Below are positions 61,241 to 64,000 of a stretch of 64,000 bases of DNA, piece after piece. Every line of letters starts with the position of its first letter. The stretch's first letter is position 1. A program made the position numbers and the translations under genes. The notes beneath the pieces were generated by a model. That model saw only the letters and a program-made list of their open reading frames with translations, was not told the origin of the DNA and did not search any database. The stretch comes from Patescibacteria group bacterium (GTDB lineage: Bacteria > Patescibacteriota > Microgenomatia > UBA10105 > UBA927), in the NCBI GenBank assembly GCA_023379025.1, contig JAMCTH010000009.1:69092-133091 (forward strand), read 5' to 3'.

Positions 61241-61531
61241 CTAGTCCCAGAGACATTCGGGATCAAACACAACACGAACTCCCGGTTTTTTTGGGCTAGG
61301 AGGATTGACAGAAGTGATTTCACCACCGATGGATTCGGGGGGTGTGCGGTGTCCGTCAACGACATTGCCGGCGGCATCAGTGTCAAAACTGTAATGTTCG
61401 CCTTCAACGCCGGTGAATATGGAATGGTGCATTCCACCGATTTTGTTCGGACCGCCAACGGTGTAACCAGCATCATCGCCCAATACGCCCAAATCCACAT
61501 CAAGATCTCGTACATTCACTTTGCCGGTCAT
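61241..61531 (-). CDS. Hypothetical protein
   Basis: 96 aa; SD AAAGGAG upstream. Confidence 0.55.
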   Translation of the reverse strand: MTGKVNVRDLDVDLGVLGDDAGYTVGGPNKIGGMHHSIFTGVEGEHYSFDTDAAGNVVDGHRTPPESIGGEITSVNPPSPKKPGVRVVFDPECLWD

Positions 61532-61543
61532 GCCATATCTCCT

Positions 61544-61951
61544 TTACGATACACCTGGCTGTTCCCAGCGGTGAGCGTCCCAGTTGTATACCGCGGGTGC
61601 CGCGAGCTTGGGGGATGTGATGCGCCAGTCGTGTAGGTCGCCGTTTTCGTCCATTTCCAGCGTACCTTGACCGTTATCCTTGCCCCCGTTGTTCCACCAC
61701 GAAACGATCTTGTATGTCTGGCCGTTTCGTTCAACCGTAAATCCCCACTTTGTCGTCCCTGGATGCGGAATGACGAATTCGGTTTTCCCTTCGGGGACCG
61801 TAATTTCACCGTCCGAAATCCCTTTGCAGAAGTACGGGAGCGTTGTGAACGCGATGTAGCCGTTTTCAGCGCGTTGATCCATGGCGCAGAAAATGCCGTT
61901 AGTCAGTCCGATGTGTTGCAGAATCCAGTTGTTCCGCTCTTCGGTTGACAT
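61544..61951 (-). CDS. Hypothetical protein; frame stays open upstream to about 62071, possible 5' frameshift
   Basis: In-frame GWRWGRLAEDHRHCYIGYEDLF...; ATG at 62075 is one base out of frame. Confidence 0.55.
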   Translation of the reverse strand: MSTEERNNWILQHIGLTNGIFCAMDQRAENGYIAFTTLPYFCKGISDGEITVPEGKTEFVIPHPGTTKWGFTVERNGQTYKIVSWWNNGGKDNGQGTLEMDENGDLHDWRITSPKLAAPAVYNWDAHRWEQPGVS

Positions 61952-62096
61952 CTGCTTGAACTTCTCGCGCTCCTCTGCAGTTGTCGGTCTGTGGTAGACC
62001 GCCTTGAAAAGATCCTCGTACCCGATGTAACAGTGTCTATGGTCCTCCGCAAGACGTCCCCATCGCCAACCTCATATATATTGTTAGAATAGGAGC

Positions 62097-62438
62097 ATGG
62101 ATATTCATACGGGTGTTGATGTCGTATCCATCGATGAGTTTACGGAATCGCTTCATTCCGGTGGTGAATCTTTCCTCCGTCGCCTCTTCCTTCCGCAGGA
62201 GCTTACCGATCGGTCTCCCGAACACCTCGCAGGTCTTTTTGCGGCAAAGGAGGCGGTCATGAAAGCGCTTCCCCTTCCCGCGGCCGCCTGGCATGCTGTC
62301 AGCATTACGGTTTCCGATATGGGAAAACCAACCGCCCTGATTACAGACAAACACGCCGCGGCGTCGCTTGTCTCCCATGACCTGTCCATAACGCACGCAG
62401 CAGGCGTCGCCGTTGCCGTATTTGTGGCCATCACGTAG
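62097..62438 (+). CDS. acpS: Holo-ACP synthase (4'-phosphopantetheinyl transferase)
   Basis: GVDVV, LAGLFAAKEAVMKA, GKP, LSITH. Confidence 0.9.
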   Translation: MDIHTGVDVVSIDEFTESLHSGGESFLRRLFLPQELTDRSPEHLAGLFAAKEAVMKALPLPAAAWHAVSITVSDMGKPTALITDKHAAASLVSHDLSITHAAGVAVAVFVAIT

Positions 62439-62481
62439 TATAAAAGAGTGCCTCGTAACATCGGGGGCGCCGGACTCATCT

Positions 62482-64000
62482 ATGTACGACACGGTACCAG
62501 AATTTCTTTCCTCGATTGCGGATCAATACGGAAACAAGACGGCGCTCCATATCCGGCGGCTCTTCCAAACCGCTAAATATAGCTATCGCGATCTCGAAAC
62601 GTTTTCCAGAAAAACTGCCCGGTTTTTAGCCAAACACCATGTCCGTCCGGGAGACAGAGTCATGATCTGGGCTCCCAATATGCCGGAGTGGGTGATCGTA
62701 CTCATGGGGAGTCTGACTGCCGGCGCCACGGTCGTCCCTGCCATGATCCACTCATCAGGAGAGGTTGTGGAGAAATACATACGCCGCACGAAACCGAAAC
62801 TTCTGTTTACTTCCCGCTTCTATCCGCTCGGGCTTTCCAAAAACCAAACCGTCAATACGTTATTTCTGGAAGACCTTCCGGATCTTCTGAGGGAGGTGGA
62901 TGACGGACCCCTGCCGACTCCGCATCCGGACGAGCTCGCAGAGATCGTGTTTACGTCAGGAACCACAGGCGAGCCTAAGGGGGTCATGATCACCCAACGA
63001 AATATTCTCTATGAGATAGAGAAGCTCCTTGCAACGATCCCGAGTTACAAAGAGTACCGGCTTCTGTCTATCCTTCCCCTCTCCCACGTCATGGAACAGA
63101 TCGTCGGACTGTTTGCTCCGCTTGCGCGGGGTGCCACCATTTATTACATCCCCCGCATCAACACCCTGACCATACGCAAAGCGCTCAGGAAATACCATAT
63201 TACGGATCTTGGGGTGGTTCCGCAGATGCTCCGGATGTTTCTTGATACCATAGAGTTCGAGATATCCGAGAAAAAACTCATGCCTCTCTTTCGTATTCTC
63301 CGTTTCCTGACTCTCCGGACACCATTTCCCGTTCGCCGGACAATCTTCCGCTCCATACACGCATCCCTGGGAGGAAAACTCTATGTTTTCGGTGTCGGCA
63401 GCGCACCGCTTCCCGTTCACCTTGCGGAGGCATGGGAAGCCATCGGGATCCGCGTCGTTGAAGGGTATGGGGCATCCGAACTCACCGGAGGCATCACGGC
63501 AAATTTCATCGATCACCGGCGACTCGGTTCCGTCGGAAAAATTATTCCCGGCATGGACGTCAAACTGTCTTCTGAAGGTGAAGTGCTTGCTCGGGGCCCG
63601 AATGTCACGCCCGGATATTTCGAGAACCCGGAAAAGACCGGGGAAGCATTTGCGCCCGACGGCTATTTTCGGACCGGAGATATCGGATATTTTGACCGTA
63701 ACGGATATCTCTATATCACCGGACGGGAAAAATTTAAAATCGTCACTGCGGCAGGAGACAAAGTATACCCCGAGGACATAGAAAAAATACTCAACGGTAA
63801 TCCGTATGTCTGGGATAGTTGTGCCGTCGGACTTCCGGACGGAGACGGAGAATCCCTGACTGTTGCGGTCATTCTGCATCCTGACAGTCATACATCCCTT
63901 GAGGGTATCATCCGCTGGGCAAATAGCCGGCTGGAGTCCCACCAGCAAATCCGGGCGTCAATCCTCTGGCCGGACAAAGATTTCCCAAGGCTTTCAACCC
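62482..64000 (+). CDS. Long-chain acyl-CoA/acyl-ACP synthetase, AMP-binding family (partial, runs off window end)
   Basis: Manual translation from MYDTVPEFL; FTSGTTGEPKG, EGYGASE, FRTGD, ITGREK, YPEDIE. Confidence 0.9.
   Translation, partial: MYDTVPEFLSSIADQYGNKTALHIRRLFQTAKYSYRDLETFSRKTARFLAKHHVRPGDRVMIWAPNMPEWVIVLMGSLTAGATVVPAMIHSSGEVVEKYIRRTKPKLLFTSRFYPLGLSKNQTVNTLFLEDLPDLLREVDDGPLPTPHPDELAEIVFTSGTTGEPKGVMITQRNILYEIEKLLATIPSYKEYRLLSILPLSHVMEQIVGLFAPLARGATIYYIPRINTLTIRKALRKYHITDLGVVPQMLRMFLDTIEFEISEKKLMPLFRILRFLTLRTPFPVRRTIFRSIHASLGGKLYVFGVGSAPLPVHLAEAWEAIGIRVVEGYGASELTGGITANFIDHRRLGSVGKIIPGMDVKLSSEGEVLARGPNVTPGYFENPEKTGEAFAPDGYFRTGDIGYFDRNGYLYITGREKFKIVTAAGDKVYPEDIEKILNGNPYVWDSCAVGLPDGDGESLTVAVILHPDSHTSLEGIIRWANSRLESHQQIRASILWPDKDFPRLST

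Noticed and set aside
41400-62075. In-frame TGA near two gene starts suggesting genetic code 25 (TGA=Gly)
   Set aside because: TGA terminates conserved genes such as atpA, atpD and dnaG, and no long gene is interrupted by TGA.
62956-63948. 330-aa minus-strand ORF at the window end
   Set aside because: Antisense to the plus-strand AMP-binding ligase, which carries all canonical motifs.

Overview
Bacterial chromosomal segment. Gene content and style (compact overlapping genes, many -10 boxes directly before ATG, tRNA-Arg(GCG), fermentative xfp-ackA) suggest a Patescibacteria/CPR, probably Microgenomates-like, genome; this is inference. From left to right: a partial ccdA; an atypical F-type ATP synthase operon (atpB-E-F/H fusion-A-G-D-C) extended by two membrane genes; a PIN/RHH toxin-antitoxin pair; typA; phosphoketolase-acetate kinase; two DsbA proteins, ZIP and P-type transporters; a lower-GC defence island (Fic, DUF262/GmrSD-like, LexA, nuclease-MTase fusion, TM-wHTH orphan, HsdS, two HNH proteins); a belt of internally deleted gene remnants; a MacAB-like ABC exporter; a tRNA-Asn-anchored island with a REP-flanked Y1 transposase; dnaG-rpoD; a DEAD-box helicase and cold-shock protein; a tRNA-Ser(GGA)-anchored cassette-like island with 22-bp direct repeats; a cluster of six tRNAs (all four Ser isoacceptors, two Arg) with an HTH-LAGLIDADG-like ORF whose stop codon lies inside a tRNA; and acpS plus a partial acyl-AMP ligase. 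The best candidates for an undescribed system are the LexA-headed restriction-modification operon with embedded accessory effectors (24237-29590) and the repeat-delimited tRNA-anchored cassette array (about 53027-55712). Product calls come from motif recognition by eye; no database searches were run.
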